A stretch of DNA of 64,000 bases from Guillardia theta CCMP2712 (lineage: Eukaryota > Protista > Cryptophyta), in the NCBI RefSeq assembly GCF_000315625.1, contig NW_005434641.1, positions 201,113-265,112 on the forward strand, written 5' to 3'. The notes below the pieces were generated by a model that had not been told where the DNA came from, made no database searches, and was given only the letters and a program-made list of their open reading frames with translations. Numbering within the stretch: position 1 is the first letter of the stretch; each line of letters opens with the position of its first letter. This document shows positions 50,889-63,303 of this stretch, piece after piece. The translations under genes and the position numbers were made by a program.

Positions 50889-51112
50889 ACAGGAATGCGA
50901 GGACAGTGAGACACAAGCAGGTTCAAGGTTTAACTTCCTTGCTTGTCGTTTGTTCGGAAAGTGAAGCTTGACTGTCTGAGGCTGTACAGTCTCAGTGAAG
51001 ACAGGAATGCGAGGACAGTGAGACACAAGCAGGTTCAAGGTTTAACTTCCTTGCTTGTCGTTTGTTCGGAAAGTGAAGCTTGACTGTCTGAGGCTGCGCA
51101 GTCTCAGTGAAG
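50889..51112 (+). repeat. 112-bp direct tandem duplication
   Basis: 50889-51000 equals 51001-51112 except for a central TA>CG change. Confidence 0.95.
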
Positions 51113-51132
51113 AGTGGATGTCACTCTGCTTC

Positions 51133-54100
51133 TCAGGAGCTAGCCAGTGTTTCCCTTGACCAACCTCCCTGCTGAATTCTCTTGAGATATGTCAGGATCG
51201 TATCGACTGCTCCGTCATTCGCGACGTACCGAAACTCCACCTGCACTCTGCCCTGCGCTTGCATCCCGTTGTCGTCAGTGCCTTGTAGGGCATGCCACGA
51301 AGAGGCTTCTGCTGACGGATCCGTAACACTCCACTGATCGAGTTGCTGCGGGGAGAGTTGGATGCGGAAAGATCCCATGAAATCATCCGTGCCGTCAAGG
51401 TCCCAGTCATACACGGAGAAACGCATATCTTGATGAGCTAGGCGATGGTCAACCTCGATGAGGTAGGTTTGCTTCCATACTGGATTCAACGTGCCTCGGG
51501 CCACATGCGTGCGGAAAGTTTTGTCGGAGATCTCAATGGTCACGAAAGGGTCGCTCAGCCCTCGGAGGCCATCCATGCGCGCTAGGTCTTCACCCCTGAT
51601 GAGCTTTACGAAGAGGGTTCCTGAAATCTCGCCAGGCTCCGGGTCGACGACATTCTTCATGGCGCGATGGAGGTCCCAAGGGTTCGACTGCAACTTGATC
51701 GACTGCAGGTTGGAGCATCTCGACAGGTCCAACGGCAGCGCTGACAGCTGGTTGCGTCCAAGGTCAAGCTCTCGCAGATTCTCCATGAGTCCAAGAACAG
51801 GTGAAAAACAGGGGGGAAACGGCGGGAAAAACTTCAGCGAATTGTCTGCAAGCAGTAGATGTCGAAGCCTTGTTAAGAATCTGATTTCAGGCGCGATTGC
51901 AGAGAGATGGTTCTGAGATATGTCAAGCATGGTCAAGTTGGTCAAACTTTGAACTTCTGAGGGGATGCAACGTATAAAGTTTCTAGACAGATTTACACTT
52001 TCAAGCATGTTCAGAAAGCAGATCTTCTCATCGAAGACCTTGAGGTTGTTGCTCTCCAAATTCAAGACTCTCAAGGAAACCATGGCTTGAATAGAAGGAG
52101 GCACCGTTTCTAATAAGTTCTGGCTCAAGTTGATTTCCTTCATGGCAGGAAATTTCAACAAGTTTGAGGGGATGATCTTCAGTTGGTTTGAAGTTGCAGT
52201 CAGAGTTTCAAGTTCGAGGCACAGTGACAATGTCTTAGGAATGGTTAGTAAGCGATTCGAGTTCAAATTAATTCTCTTGAGCCTCGCCATGGATCGAAAT
52301 GAATCTGAGACGTCTCTGAGATTGTTATACGAGAGTTCAAGCTCCCAAAGCGACGAGACTTTTGAAAATGATTGAGGAAGCTGAGATATCTGATTGTACG
52401 TCAGGACTAAAATTCGCAAGTTCATCAGGTCCGAGAAAGTGTCAGGGAGGCTTTGGATGTTGTTCTGTCTGAGGTTCAAACTTGATAGATCGATAAGCCT
52501 ACCCATCGTTGCTGGCACAAACTCAAGATTGTTCACTGAGAGGTCGAGCCTGCGGAGGGATGACAACTTGGCAATGTCTTCTGGGATCGACCTGATCATG
52601 TTGTTCGAAAGTGAAAGCGACGTCAATCGCATCGACAGTATGCATTCGGGTACATCCCTCAACAAGTTGTCGTCAAGAATCAACTCGAGCAGTTTTCCGA
52701 ACCCCTTGGCGCGCGGCAGACTCTTCAACCCCAGGGATCGAAGGTGCAACACTCGAGATCTCTTCCAAACAGCATTCACCGTCAGCAAGTAAGACTTGAT
52801 CACTTCGAAGCTCTGCTTCAAGATCTCTGGTGGAGGATTCTTGATGTGGTTACCGGTGAGCCTCAACTCCTGGAGTGAAGACAAAGCACATAAGACTTGG
52901 ATGGGAAGACCGTCGTCTGTAATCTTGTTCTCTGTGAAAGACACTTGTTTCAGCCACCTCGCATTCTTGATGGACTTTGGGATTCTGCTCAACAAATTTC
53001 GATCGAGTACAAGAGCGTCCAGACCAATCAAGTCAAAGATGGAGTCCGGTATCTCTTCTACCTTATTGTCTGACAAATCTATTGACTTGATGAATTTTTT
53101 CTGCAGAACTGAATGTGGGAACTCGCGTACATTGAAGCCGCACAATCGGAGTTGATTAGAATGAATGCTATGCAAACTTGCAAGAAATGACAACAAATAT
53201 GCTAGTCCATCAGAACCCCTCTTGTAACATTCGCTCATAATTTCACTGGGAGGGGATAGATAAGGATTATTCTGCAGTCGGATTTCTTTCAAAGAAGTCA
53301 AGAAAATGAAGTGGGTTGGCAGTGCCTCCAACATATTATCTTCTAGAGTCATTTGTCGAACACGATCAAGCTGACCGATAGTTGAAGGGAGAGAGCGCAA
53401 CTTGTTCTGATGAAGCCAAAGAATCTCCAACTGCCTGAGCTTGTATATTTCAGGCAAGAGATTTTTGAGTTGGTTTTGATGAGACTTGAGCACTGTAAGA
53501 TTGGTCAGGTTGAAGAATTGTAACGGAAGACCAGAAATCTGATTGCACGAAATGTTAAGGCTTGTGACAGAAGTGAATTCATCAATTTTTGTCTGGAGAC
53601 CATGAGGGAGCTTTGAGAGTTTCACTTTCAAATCTAAGTGCAACGTCAATGTGCAACACAAGAATCAAAGGTTAGACCTGAGAAATCAAGAGTCTGGTGC
53701 TTTCGCAGCACAAACTCTTGCAGTTTAAGATCCACCTCATTGGAATCTTGTTTTTCCGCATGCATGTTGAGGACTTCAGATTCAGTAAATGTGAGATCAC
53801 TTTTGCCTCGTTGTCGTGTCAACCTCTCGTTTTCGAGTATCCTTTTTCGCCCCATGACTGTCGTTGACTCATGAAACTCCTCCAGTAGACTACTTCTTAT
53901 CTCTGCAACGAGCTTGCGCTTTGAGAAATTCGTTACAAGATCTTTCATATATCGCCTCTTAAAAAGAAGGGCTTGCTTGACCACATTCTCTTCCTCTTCT
54001 TGCATCAGTTCGATCCACAGTCTATATTCTCTCCATGTTCGTTGAATCTTGATGCATGCTTCACTTTTCTTCTTAGTCTGGAAAAGATGTGCAAGTTTTC

Positions 54101-54684
54101 TTATTCTATTTGATCTGAAGATTGTTTGCACGCGTATGGCAGCTTGCTCTCGCGCAAGGAAGTCTTTCAAAAAGGCTCTTCTCAAGCTGAACCTCTTCAA
54201 GAATTCTCCAACTAAGCTCATCGCATTCAGTCGTTTTATGGAATCTGTTTCGACAAGCATCCTAGCAGAAATCTTCTTCCTCCACCAGGTTTGTACGCTT
54301 CTAGCAGCCTGAGACCTGACAACATGTTGATTTCGCTGCAAATGCAAGTAAGGGAGTTATATCACTGAGAGATCAAGTCACCAGCTTGTCGTTCCTGAGG
54401 CTTCTTCTCTCTCTCATCCCACGGAAAGCTGCTTCGATCACGCTCGCTGCCTGGTCGAGGGTTGACCTACTCCTAACCCAACCAACTGTAACTTTCCTTT
54501 CGCCAACCTCCCTCATCGACCGCTGCTGCTCATGTACATGTTTCTTGTCCCAGAAATTCGTCGCAATGTCTGGTTGAAATTTGATCACAGCATGTGACGA
54601 TCTGCCGACAACGTCGTTGTCGACTCTTGTCAAGGTGCCAGCAAGCTCTTGCAGCCTAGTTCGGATTCTCTGCTGCTGCTCCAT
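51133..54684 (-). CDS. IQ-motif + leucine-rich repeat + C2-domain protein
   Basis: IQ-like motifs (SVQTWWRKK, RVQTIFRSN, KIQRTWREY, VIEAAFRGM). More than 20 LxxLxLxxN repeats. C2 domain (LFVKLIRGEDLARMDG..SDPFV...TLNPVWKQ...VYDWDLDGTDDFMG). A 44-nt intron near 53635-53680 joins the ORFs. Start uncertain. Confidence 0.85.
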
Positions 54685-55789
54685 CGGTCTACAAACTCAC
54701 CATCAACATCATCCTGGAGGGCGTTGGATAGTTCTGACGGTAGTAACCTCAATCAGAGCGGAGAGGGGAGGGAGCATGGAGCAGAAGCAGATGTATGCAT
54801 CAAGTCTTCTGGACTCTCCTGCCTTGCTTCGGACTCCTCACTTGGAGGGAAAGGAGGAGGAGAGGGGAGGGCAAGGGAATGAGGGTAGGGCAGCAATATG
54901 GCAGGTTGAAGGCCCTGCCCCCTAGTGCAATTTACTCAACTTTAAAACTCAGAGGAAGACAAGACATAGTCTCTCAGCTCAGGAGAGTAGAGGAGGCTAG
55001 AGGAGTCTCTCACCTACTCGCGGTCAAGGTTTCCTCGCATACCGCAATCTGGTCTGATACTATGTATCAGTCTCTCCTGTCACTATCAGTCTCTCCTGTC
55101 ACTATCCGTCTCTGCCTAGCAGTCTCTGTCTATCAGTCTGGGTCAGCTATCTATGTTCTCTGTCTATCAGTCTGGGTCAGCTATCTATGTTCTCTTCCCC
55201 CTCGTCCCTTGCGCGCATCAGAGGAAACTCTGACATGGCGCTTTGCAATTCATGCACCGAGAGTGTAGAACCTTTCAGTTCAGAGGCAGAAATGCTTTTG
55301 CAAGCTTGTCAGAGTCTGATCAAACAAGCGAGGCTGTCAGATGTCAGACTAGAACAGAAAGTAAGCCCCCACAATCGCAAAAAAGGGGCAAGGGGAACAC
55401 ACACATGATGGCATATGTACGTACGTGCATCTCAATTTGTGTCGACCAGCCATCAAAAAGTTGCATTGCAATGTAACAACAAAAAACAAAACCTTGAAGT
55501 AACTGTATTGGACGGGGGAAATCAAACAATCCAGAAAGTTCGTTGTCGTCACAACGTGTTTTTTCGACAATTGTTCCATGAAACGTTTCTGTTGGGATTT
55601 TGTCAGCACGGCGCTTCACAATCGTAAAGTCAGTTTTGCCTTCGGAAAGTGAGAATGACAGACAAGGTTGTCCATCGTGTCGATAAACAGCAATACAAAG
55701 CCTCGAGATCTTGATAGACTCACAGTCCGATCACCGCAAGTCTCTCAAGTCTTTCGGGATCTAGCATACACTGAATTCACCCTCTCTGC

Positions 55790-55880
55790 CTGACTGACTG
55801 ACTGACTGACTGCCTGACTGACTGACTGACTGACTGACTGCCTGACTGACTGACTGACTGACTGACTGACTGACTGACTG
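55790..55880 (+). repeat. (CTGA)n microsatellite
   Basis: About 22 CTGA units with CTGC interruptions, followed by a CT-rich tract to ~56200. Confidence 0.95.
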
Positions 55881-57031
55881 CCAATGTTTTCTTTCTATCT
55901 CTCCCTAACACCCTTGCTCCCTCTCACCCTCTCTTTCTCTCCCTCACTCCCTCGCTCCCTCCCTCTCTCACCCTCGCTCGCATGCTCGTCTCCCTCTCTC
56001 TTTCTGACTCCCTCGCTCCCTCCTTCCCTCCCTCCTTCCCTCCCTCTCTCCCTCCTTCCTTCCCTCCCTCTCTCCCTCCCTTCCTCCCTCCCTCTCTCCC
56101 TCCCTTCCTCCCTCCCTCTCTCCCTCCCTTCCTCCCTCCCTCTCTCCCTCCCTTCCTCCCTCCCTCCCTCTCTTCGTCTCTAACTCTCTTTCTCTCTTGA
56201 CTCTTTTGTTTGCCTCCTCCCTCTGCTCACAAAGTCCCGAATCCCTTGCTGCTTCATGCTTCGAGAAACTTTTTCTCCCCTGCTGCCTCCTGTCAGCACC
56301 TCGGTCACCTGTCCTTCTCTTCTACTCTCCTCACTCTCCCCTTTCCCTGTTCTCTCATTCTCTCTGTCCTTTCTCTTGCTCTAGATTTCCCTTTCTATCT
56401 CTGTGTTTCTCCACCCTGTTGTTGCTCTGTTTGATATTTCTTCTCCATTTTCCTAGTCTCCAACCTCGTTCCCTCCTTCCTGGATTACCTCCATCACCTC
56501 CAAATCCTCCAACCACCAATTACTCTTATCTTTTCGCATCATCTACTCTCAATCCATTGTTCAACCCCTTCCTGTTCTTTGCCTTCCGTGACTTCTCTTT
56601 CACTCCGCAACTCTATCGCTTTACAATCTTTCTCTTCCCCTGACTTTCTCATTATCTTCCATCCCAGTCATTTTCCCTACACGAATCTCGCTCAGTTCTC
56701 CACTTTTTTCTCTACTTTTTCCTTCTGTTGGTTCAAATTAATTGCACAGACGCATCAGAGTCAATTATGTTTTCAACCGATCCTTCCATCTTGAAGTTGC
56801 AGCATTACAATGATTCTGATCGTAGAAGTACAAATCGATGCATGCGGACTGATTATTTGGATTACCGTCCTGTAGAAGGCAAGACTCCTAGAAGGGTCTC
56901 TATTCAGTTCGTTTGAGGATATACAGCATGCTGTTGGCTCCATTAAGCCTCCGTGACCGGCCAGTGAGCTACTTGTCAGGGCGAGCAGAAAGCTGGTCCC
57001 GATGATCCCAAGAAGGGATCTCGGAGCTTCA

Positions 57032-57338
57032 AAGCTGATGCCACATGTTGAAGCTGATGTCACATGTTGAAGCTGATGTCACATGTTGAAGCTGATGTCA
57101 CATGTTGAAGCTGATGTCACATGTTGAAGCTGATGTCACATGTTGAAGCTGATGTCACATGTTGAAGCTGATGTCACATGTTGAAGCTGATGTCACATGT
57201 TGAAGCTGATGTCACATGTTGAAGCTGATGTCACATGTTGAAGCTGATGTCACATGTTGAAGCTGATGTCACATGTTGAAGCTGATGTCACATGTTGAAG
57301 CTGATGTCACATGTTGAAGCTGATGTCACATGTTGAAG
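57032..57338 (+). repeat. 19-bp minisatellite, 16 copies
   Basis: Unit CACATGTTGAAGCTGATGT at 57042+19n, n=0..15 (last unit partial). No spacers. Confidence 0.97.
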
Positions 57339-57550
57339 GCCTCACACGATGACCAGCAGCAGCGTGAGAGGCATGAGGCCGACTTTCTCCGGCATAAGCC
57401 AGGCCTTGTTGGCCCTTTTTTCTTTCTTTCTTTTACACATCGAGATGCGCCTGATTAATTGGGTCGGGTGGGGGAAGTAGGGGTACTAGAGGTTGGCGCT
57501 GACAGGGGTGGTGGGGGCTTTCCATCTTTTTAACTGAACAGCAAGCAATA

Positions 57551-58591
57551 ATGGCATGGAGGAAGACCAAGGAGGGAAAAAGCCAAAGAGCGAAGACAAG
57601 GAGACCTGATATCAGGCGAGCGACGCGAGTAGTTGCCCAAGGCGAGCACCAACAGCTCCCCAACACCGGCACTACCGGCCCTGAGCTGTGCCCACACGCT
57701 CTCAACATCCTTCCAGCGGTTTGGTTTGTCCCCGGCGTGGCTTCATACGCACCCAGCAAGCCTGGAGATGAAGTGATGTTGGACTGGGACTATCAGACCG
57801 ACGAGACAAGTCAGAGAGATGCACGCTCTTGCCATCCCGCATCGATAGCCCTTCCGTTGAACCCGTTTCAAGCTCACTCGAGCCAAGTGGTACAGCGTCT
57901 CCTTGAGATGCAAGAGACAGCCACATCCCCGCACAAGGAAAGCATCGCAAGACATCCAGAACCCTTGCGCAAGCTGCTATCCTCCAGCAGCCCCTCCCCA
58001 TCTGATCGATCTCAAGATGTCGTAAACAAGTTATCGAGCTCGGGCTCAGAAGACTCGGCGTACGGAAGCGCTCTGTCGTCGGACGAGGGGGTGGGCGTGG
58101 GGACGGAGAGCCAGAGCGATGCTGAGCCCCAGCCATACGAGTACGACGACGGCAACAGCGAGCTCTTCGCCCATGTCACCCTCAGACGAAAGCATCATGA
58201 GGACCTCCGCACCAGAGACAGCGTCATGCTCGACAGCACGACCGTCACCAGCTACTTCCACATGCGCCAGAGCGAGGCGGCGGCGGCGTTCGGGATCTCG
58301 CTGACGGCCTTCAAGGCCGCATGCAGGAAGCTCGGCATCCAGAGGTGGCCGTACATGCGACAGAAGGCGGCTGCTTCCGCCCAGACCGCCATGACAGACC
58401 CAGACCAGGAGGCCGGCGGGGCGCGTGGGAGGAGGCGCGACCGGCGGGTCACGACGGGCCCAGGCGCTGGGGCGGAGCAGGAGCAGGCAGGCAGGGCTCG
58501 ATGGGACGGCAGCCTTGAGGACCTGATGGAGGAGGCGCTGGAGCATTGCACCCGGAAGGAAGAGGGGCAGTTTATAGCAGAGGGCAAGTGA
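57551..58591 (+). CDS. RWP-RK domain transcription factor (copy 1)
   Basis: SYFHMRQSEAAAAFGISLTAFKAACRKLGIQRWPYMRQK. The true start may be a downstream Met. Confidence 0.88.
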   Translation: MAWRKTKEGKSQRAKTRRPDIRRATRVVAQGEHQQLPNTGTTGPELCPHALNILPAVWFVPGVASYAPSKPGDEVMLDWDYQTDETSQRDARSCHPASIALPLNPFQAHSSQVVQRLLEMQETATSPHKESIARHPEPLRKLLSSSSPSPSDRSQDVVNKLSSSGSEDSAYGSALSSDEGVGVGTESQSDAEPQPYEYDDGNSELFAHVTLRRKHHEDLRTRDSVMLDSTTVTSYFHMRQSEAAAAFGISLTAFKAACRKLGIQRWPYMRQKAAASAQTAMTDPDQEAGGARGRRRDRRVTTGPGAGAEQEQAGRARWDGSLEDLMEEALEHCTRKEEGQFIAEGK

Positions 58592-59421
58592 AGGCGTCCG
58601 TCAGCCTTTCACTCAGAGTCTACGTCTACGCCTGCCTGTCCCTGACGCCCGACGCATGCCTCCCTCTCTATCTGGGCCCGCGCCCTCCTCGTCCGCCTAC
58701 ATCGAGAGCACTCCGGAGTCCACAGGGAGCCTCCCCGGCGGCCCGCGAGAGGTCCTCTCAGCGCGGCGATGGCATGCTGGGGCTCATCTCGACGTGGCCA
58801 TCCTGCAGCCATGTCCTCCTGGGGCCTGAGGTACCTCCCCCTATACGACCGGGCTGCTTGTCCTGGCTCCTCCGCCTCCCCTTGTCCCTCCCTGCGGGGG
58901 CCTCCGCATACCCTTTTGCTTCCGATCCGTCGTCGTCCCGTACGACCTGCTCCGTTTCCTCCCTCCCCCCTCCCGTCTAGCCCTGCCCCTCCCCACCATA
59001 CCTCGTCAGGTCTGCTTCGACCTTGTTCGGGCAAGCCCGTCTCAGCTCCTCTAGCGCGTCGTGTAGCTCCTTGGCGTCCGCGCAATGCCTCTCCGACATC
59101 CTGTACCTCCGTCCCTCTGACGGCGCCTCGCACACGAAGCTCGCGCACGTCCTGGGCGACGGCGCTTGTCTCGGCCGCCTCAGCGCTCCCTGTATAGACC
59201 GCCCGAGACTGCCCGACGCCGGCGCATGCCCGTCGTAAAGCAGCTCGTCCAGCGCCTCGACCCCCTTGCCGGTCGCGATCTCGTTGTAGTCGAGGCACAC
59301 GTAGCTCCTCTTGTCTAGGCGTCGGAGCTGCGCTGCTAAGTCGAGCGCGCTCGTGCGGAGGGTCTTGGCCTGCACGTTCCAGGGGCGGAAGCGACGCTTG
59401 ATGGTGCAAGAGCATAGGATG
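58033..59421 (+). repeat. 1389-bp segmental duplication, copy 1
   Basis: Matches 61915-63303 (offset 3882) with three substitutions seen (58552, 58990, 59238). Confidence 0.95.
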
Positions 59422-59489
59422 CTGAGAGCGTCTCGGAACAGCACGACCACCTCGAGAGTCTTTGCCAGCCAGGTAGAGGACGTGACCAA
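58977..59489 (-). CDS. Hypothetical protein exon convergent with the RWP-RK gene
   Basis: GC3-rich ORF (LDLAAQLRRLDKRSYVCLDYNEIATGKGVEALDELLYDG). No recognised domain. Confidence 0.35.
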   Translation of the reverse strand: MVTSSTWLAKTLEVVVLFRDALSILCSCTIKRRFRPWNVQAKTLRTSALDLAAQLRRLDKRSYVCLDYNEIATGKGVEALDELLYDGHAPASGSLGRSIQGALRRPRQAPSPRTCASFVCEAPSEGRRYRMSERHCADAKELHDALEELRRACPNKVEADLTRYGGEGQG

Positions 59490-61888
59490 GCTTATCGAAG
59501 TCTCCGTCCATCTGAGCAGGAGCGTGTGTCCAGATGATCTGCCAGTCCTTGTCTTGGCATGGCAGTCGTTGTTGCTGCGTCGAAGATTTTTTGCTGCAGG
59601 ATATCAAACTGTTGTTCCTGTTTTTATCTTTGGTTTGGGGTTTGAGAAATCATGACAACTGCCAGTATTTTCTTCGGAGAATCTTCTATCCTTGGTATAT
59701 CCAATCGTTTTGTTTTTTTCGACATTCTATCCTTTCTCCCTAGGATAGTATTCTTTCTCTTTCTTGTTGTAATGTATGATATATATCATCCAAGAGGGAA
59801 ATGGTACTTGGAAGGATTCGGTCCGTTGGTTACCCTAGAGCTGCGAAGGGGAAGTAGAAGGACAGAGGGTTGACATGGACTGCTTGCTGTGTAGAGGTGA
59901 TGGTTCCACAGGGGAAGGAGGACAGCAAGTGGGCGTTCAGCCTGGCAGTGGGAATAAACACGAGGGGTGGTAATCCCCCGAAAGCAAGGGTAGTCGCTCC
60001 AAAGGGTGCAGGGGGCATTGCGCCGATGAGATACGGGAGTCGCCCGCAAGCAGGAGGAGGAAGGGATGCAAGAACACAGTGAGGGTGGTCATGACGAGAA
60101 GAAAGACATACAAGATGCCATTATTATTCGCTCGGTCTACTTGACTTTGCGTTCTACAGCTCTCAACTGGCAACAAGAAGAAAATCGTACTTGCCACCTG
60201 CCTCCCAAACCCACTTGCTACCTTTGCTCCTAGCAACATACAACTTTTTCTGAATTCCTGTGTACATGCTCTCCGTCCCATCTCGTCAAGCTCGCGTACC
60301 CTCGTAGACGTCTCGTACACTTCTTGTAGAAACCTATCACCATAGCGTACTCGTCGGCACTCTCTCCCTTCATCATTCATTGCGAGCATGACCTCGCATC
60401 TCGTCAGCACGCAGCTCTCTCGTCCTGTCTGCTCAGCCTCTTGCTTCTCCATGTCTGCCTTTGATGTCTCCCTCTAGCCTTCCGCTTGAAGCGCATAGTT
60501 GCGTCCTTGATGCTTCTCCTCCACGCTCTCCATGCCGGCTGATGACTGCTTGCTGCCGTCGTCCCGAGAGGGCTATTTCAAAAGTTTGCATAAATCCTGC
60601 GAACCTGGGAGTAGGATATTTTTCAGGGTAAAAGCTACGGTCGTATGCAGAGAAGCGATTGAAGAAGATTTCCTCTTGTCCCTCTGACATACTATCCTCC
60701 TGTCCTGTTCCTCTCTCTCTCCTTCGGCCTTCTGATGACCCGTGTGACATGGACTCGTTGATGACCCAAGACTCGCAGCCTCCCACATGTCCCCGCAGCT
60801 GCTTCATCCAGCGCTTCATCTATCCTCCCTCCGGCGCACATGACGAGCAACAGGCCTTGAGGAGCGAGCGCGACGTCTCGAGCCGAGAGAGAGAGACTCG
60901 CTCATCCAAGCATGAGGCGACAGGCGCGCCCGCTAGCCATGACAGAACATTGCAGAAAGGTGCCTCTAAGCTGGATTTCAAGTCCTCACATTGGAGCAGA
61001 TAACACATTTTTGGATTACAATTCAGTGCGTTGCACATGCAATTTCATTCCGTATCAGGTAAATATATCTTGTAAGCAACTTTTGCTGTCCAGAAGTCTA
61101 CATATACCAAGTGATCAATAAAACTGCAAAGCGGTGAATTCTCAATGGATTCAACCTTGCAGAGAGTTTGCATAATCACAAAAGCAATTGATAAACGAAT
61201 CAAAACAAATGATGCTGGATAAAACAGAACCAATAAAGCATCCCAATTGACAACCCACAACGAAGGTGCAGATTAAACGCATAGAAAGCATACAAATAAA
61301 ACCATCTGTACTGGCTCCATTCACTTAGCTCACCTTGCACCGTCCTGTAGTAGGCAGCAGCTGTATCCTTGTACTCAATTTCCTACCTCCTTTCGGGCTC
61401 AACCAGCGATACGATCACTGGCAGAGCCTCTTTCCCCGCCCTGGTGCTGGCCTCCCTCAACATCGATCCTCCCACCCTCCCCGCCCTGGCTGCTCTCCCG
61501 CCTCAAGATCGATCCTCGCCCTTCGCAGGTTGCTGGGCGTGAACTGACTGTGTTGAAAGCCAAAGCGACTGTCAGGACAGGGGGTGGGGGTGGTGGAGCT
61601 GACGCCATGGCAAACTTTGCCGTCAGAGAGACACAAGAGCGAATGCAAGCAAGCTAACAACAGCAAACAGGTAGAGAAGAGCAGCCCAAAGGAGCTTTCA
61701 GAACACCAAGCACAAACCAAACTTCAGGGAATTTCAGAAAGCTGCTTCAACCACTCAAGACGCTGCCATCCACCGACAATGACAACACAACTAGCCACCG
61801 ATGTGCGACTCATGCCATCGCTCCCCGACAAGCTGCAGACAGACGAGGACAGCTCTCTCTCTCATTCACCAAGCCCCTTTCCCTGACC

Positions 61889-62473
61889 TTGAGCGAAGGC
61901 TTCGACTCCTCGGCATCGAGCTCGGGCTCAGAAGACTCGGCGTACGGAAGCGCTCTGTCGTCGGACGAGGGGGTGGGCGTGGGGACGGAGAGCCAGAGCG
62001 ATGCTGAGCCCCAGCCATACGAGTACGACGACGGCAACAGCGAGCTCTTCGCCCATGTCACCCTCAGACGAAAGCATCATGAGGACCTCCGCACCAGAGA
62101 CAGCGTCATGCTCGACAGCACGACCGTCACCAGCTACTTCCACATGCGCCAGAGCGAGGCGGCGGCGGCGTTCGGGATCTCGCTGACGGCCTTCAAGGCC
62201 GCATGCAGGAAGCTCGGCATCCAGAGGTGGCCGTACATGCGACAGAAGGCGGCTGCTTCCGCCCAGACCGCCATGACAGACCCAGACCAGGAGGCCGGCG
62301 GGGCGCGTGGGAGGAGGCGCGACCGGCGGGTCACGACGGGCCCAGGCGCTGGGGCGGAGCAGGAGCAGGCAGGCAGGGCTCGATGGGACGGCAGCCTTGA
62401 GGACCTGATGGAGGAGGCGCTGGAGCATTGCACGCGGAAGGAAGAGGGGCAGTTTATAGCAGAGGGCAAGTGA
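61889..62473 (+). CDS. RWP-RK domain transcription factor (copy 2, different or uncertain N-terminus)
   Basis: Identical protein to copy 1 from SSSGSEDSAYG onward. Upstream sequence is unrelated; a possible first exon starts at ATG ~61779. Confidence 0.75.
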   Translation: MSEGFDSSASSSGSEDSAYGSALSSDEGVGVGTESQSDAEPQPYEYDDGNSELFAHVTLRRKHHEDLRTRDSVMLDSTTVTSYFHMRQSEAAAAFGISLTAFKAACRKLGIQRWPYMRQKAAASAQTAMTDPDQEAGGARGRRRDRRVTTGPGAGAEQEQAGRARWDGSLEDLMEEALEHCTRKEEGQFIAEGK

Positions 62474-63303
62474 AGGCGTCCGTCAGCCTTTCACTCAGAG
62501 TCTACGTCTACGCCTGCCTGTCCCTGACGCCCGACGCATGCCTCCCTCTCTATCTGGGCCCGCGCCCTCCTCGTCCGCCTACATCGAGAGCACTCCGGAG
62601 TCCACAGGGAGCCTCCCCGGCGGCCCGCGAGAGGTCCTCTCAGCGCGGCGATGGCATGCTGGGGCTCATCTCGACGTGGCCATCCTGCAGCCATGTCCTC
62701 CTGGGGCCTGAGGTACCTCCCCCTATACGACCGGGCTGCTTGTCCTGGCTCCTCCGCCTCCCCTTGTCCCTCCCTGCGGGGGCCTCCGCATACCCTTTTG
62801 CTTCCGATCCGTCGTCGTCCCGTACGACCTGCTCCGTTTCCTCCCTCCCCCCTCCCGTCTAGCCCTGCCCCACCCCACCATACCTCGTCAGGTCTGCTTC
62901 GACCTTGTTCGGGCAAGCCCGTCTCAGCTCCTCTAGCGCGTCGTGTAGCTCCTTGGCGTCCGCGCAATGCCTCTCCGACATCCTGTACCTCCGTCCCTCT
63001 GACGGCGCCTCGCACACGAAGCTCGCGCACGTCCTGGGCGACGGCGCTTGTCTCGGCCGCCTCAGCGCTCCCTGTATAGACCGCCCGAGACTGCCCGACG
63101 CCGGCGCATGCCCGTCGTAGAGCAGCTCGTCCAGCGCCTCGACCCCCTTGCCGGTCGCGATCTCGTTGTAGTCGAGGCACACGTAGCTCCTCTTGTCTAG
63201 GCGTCGGAGCTGCGCTGCTAAGTCGAGCGCGCTCGTGCGGAGGGTCTTGGCCTGCACGTTCCAGGGGCGGAAGCGACGCTTGATGGTGCAAGAGCATAGG
63301 ATG
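61915..63303 (+). repeat. 1389-bp segmental duplication, copy 2
   Basis: Direct repeat of 58033-59421. Confidence 0.95.

Noticed and set aside
57032-57338. Possible CRISPR array
   Set aside because: Units are contiguous and identical with no spacers, there are no cas genes, and the context is eukaryotic.
59937-61260. Short ORFs between the duplicated segments
   Set aside because: No domains and conflicting strands; cannot support a gene call.
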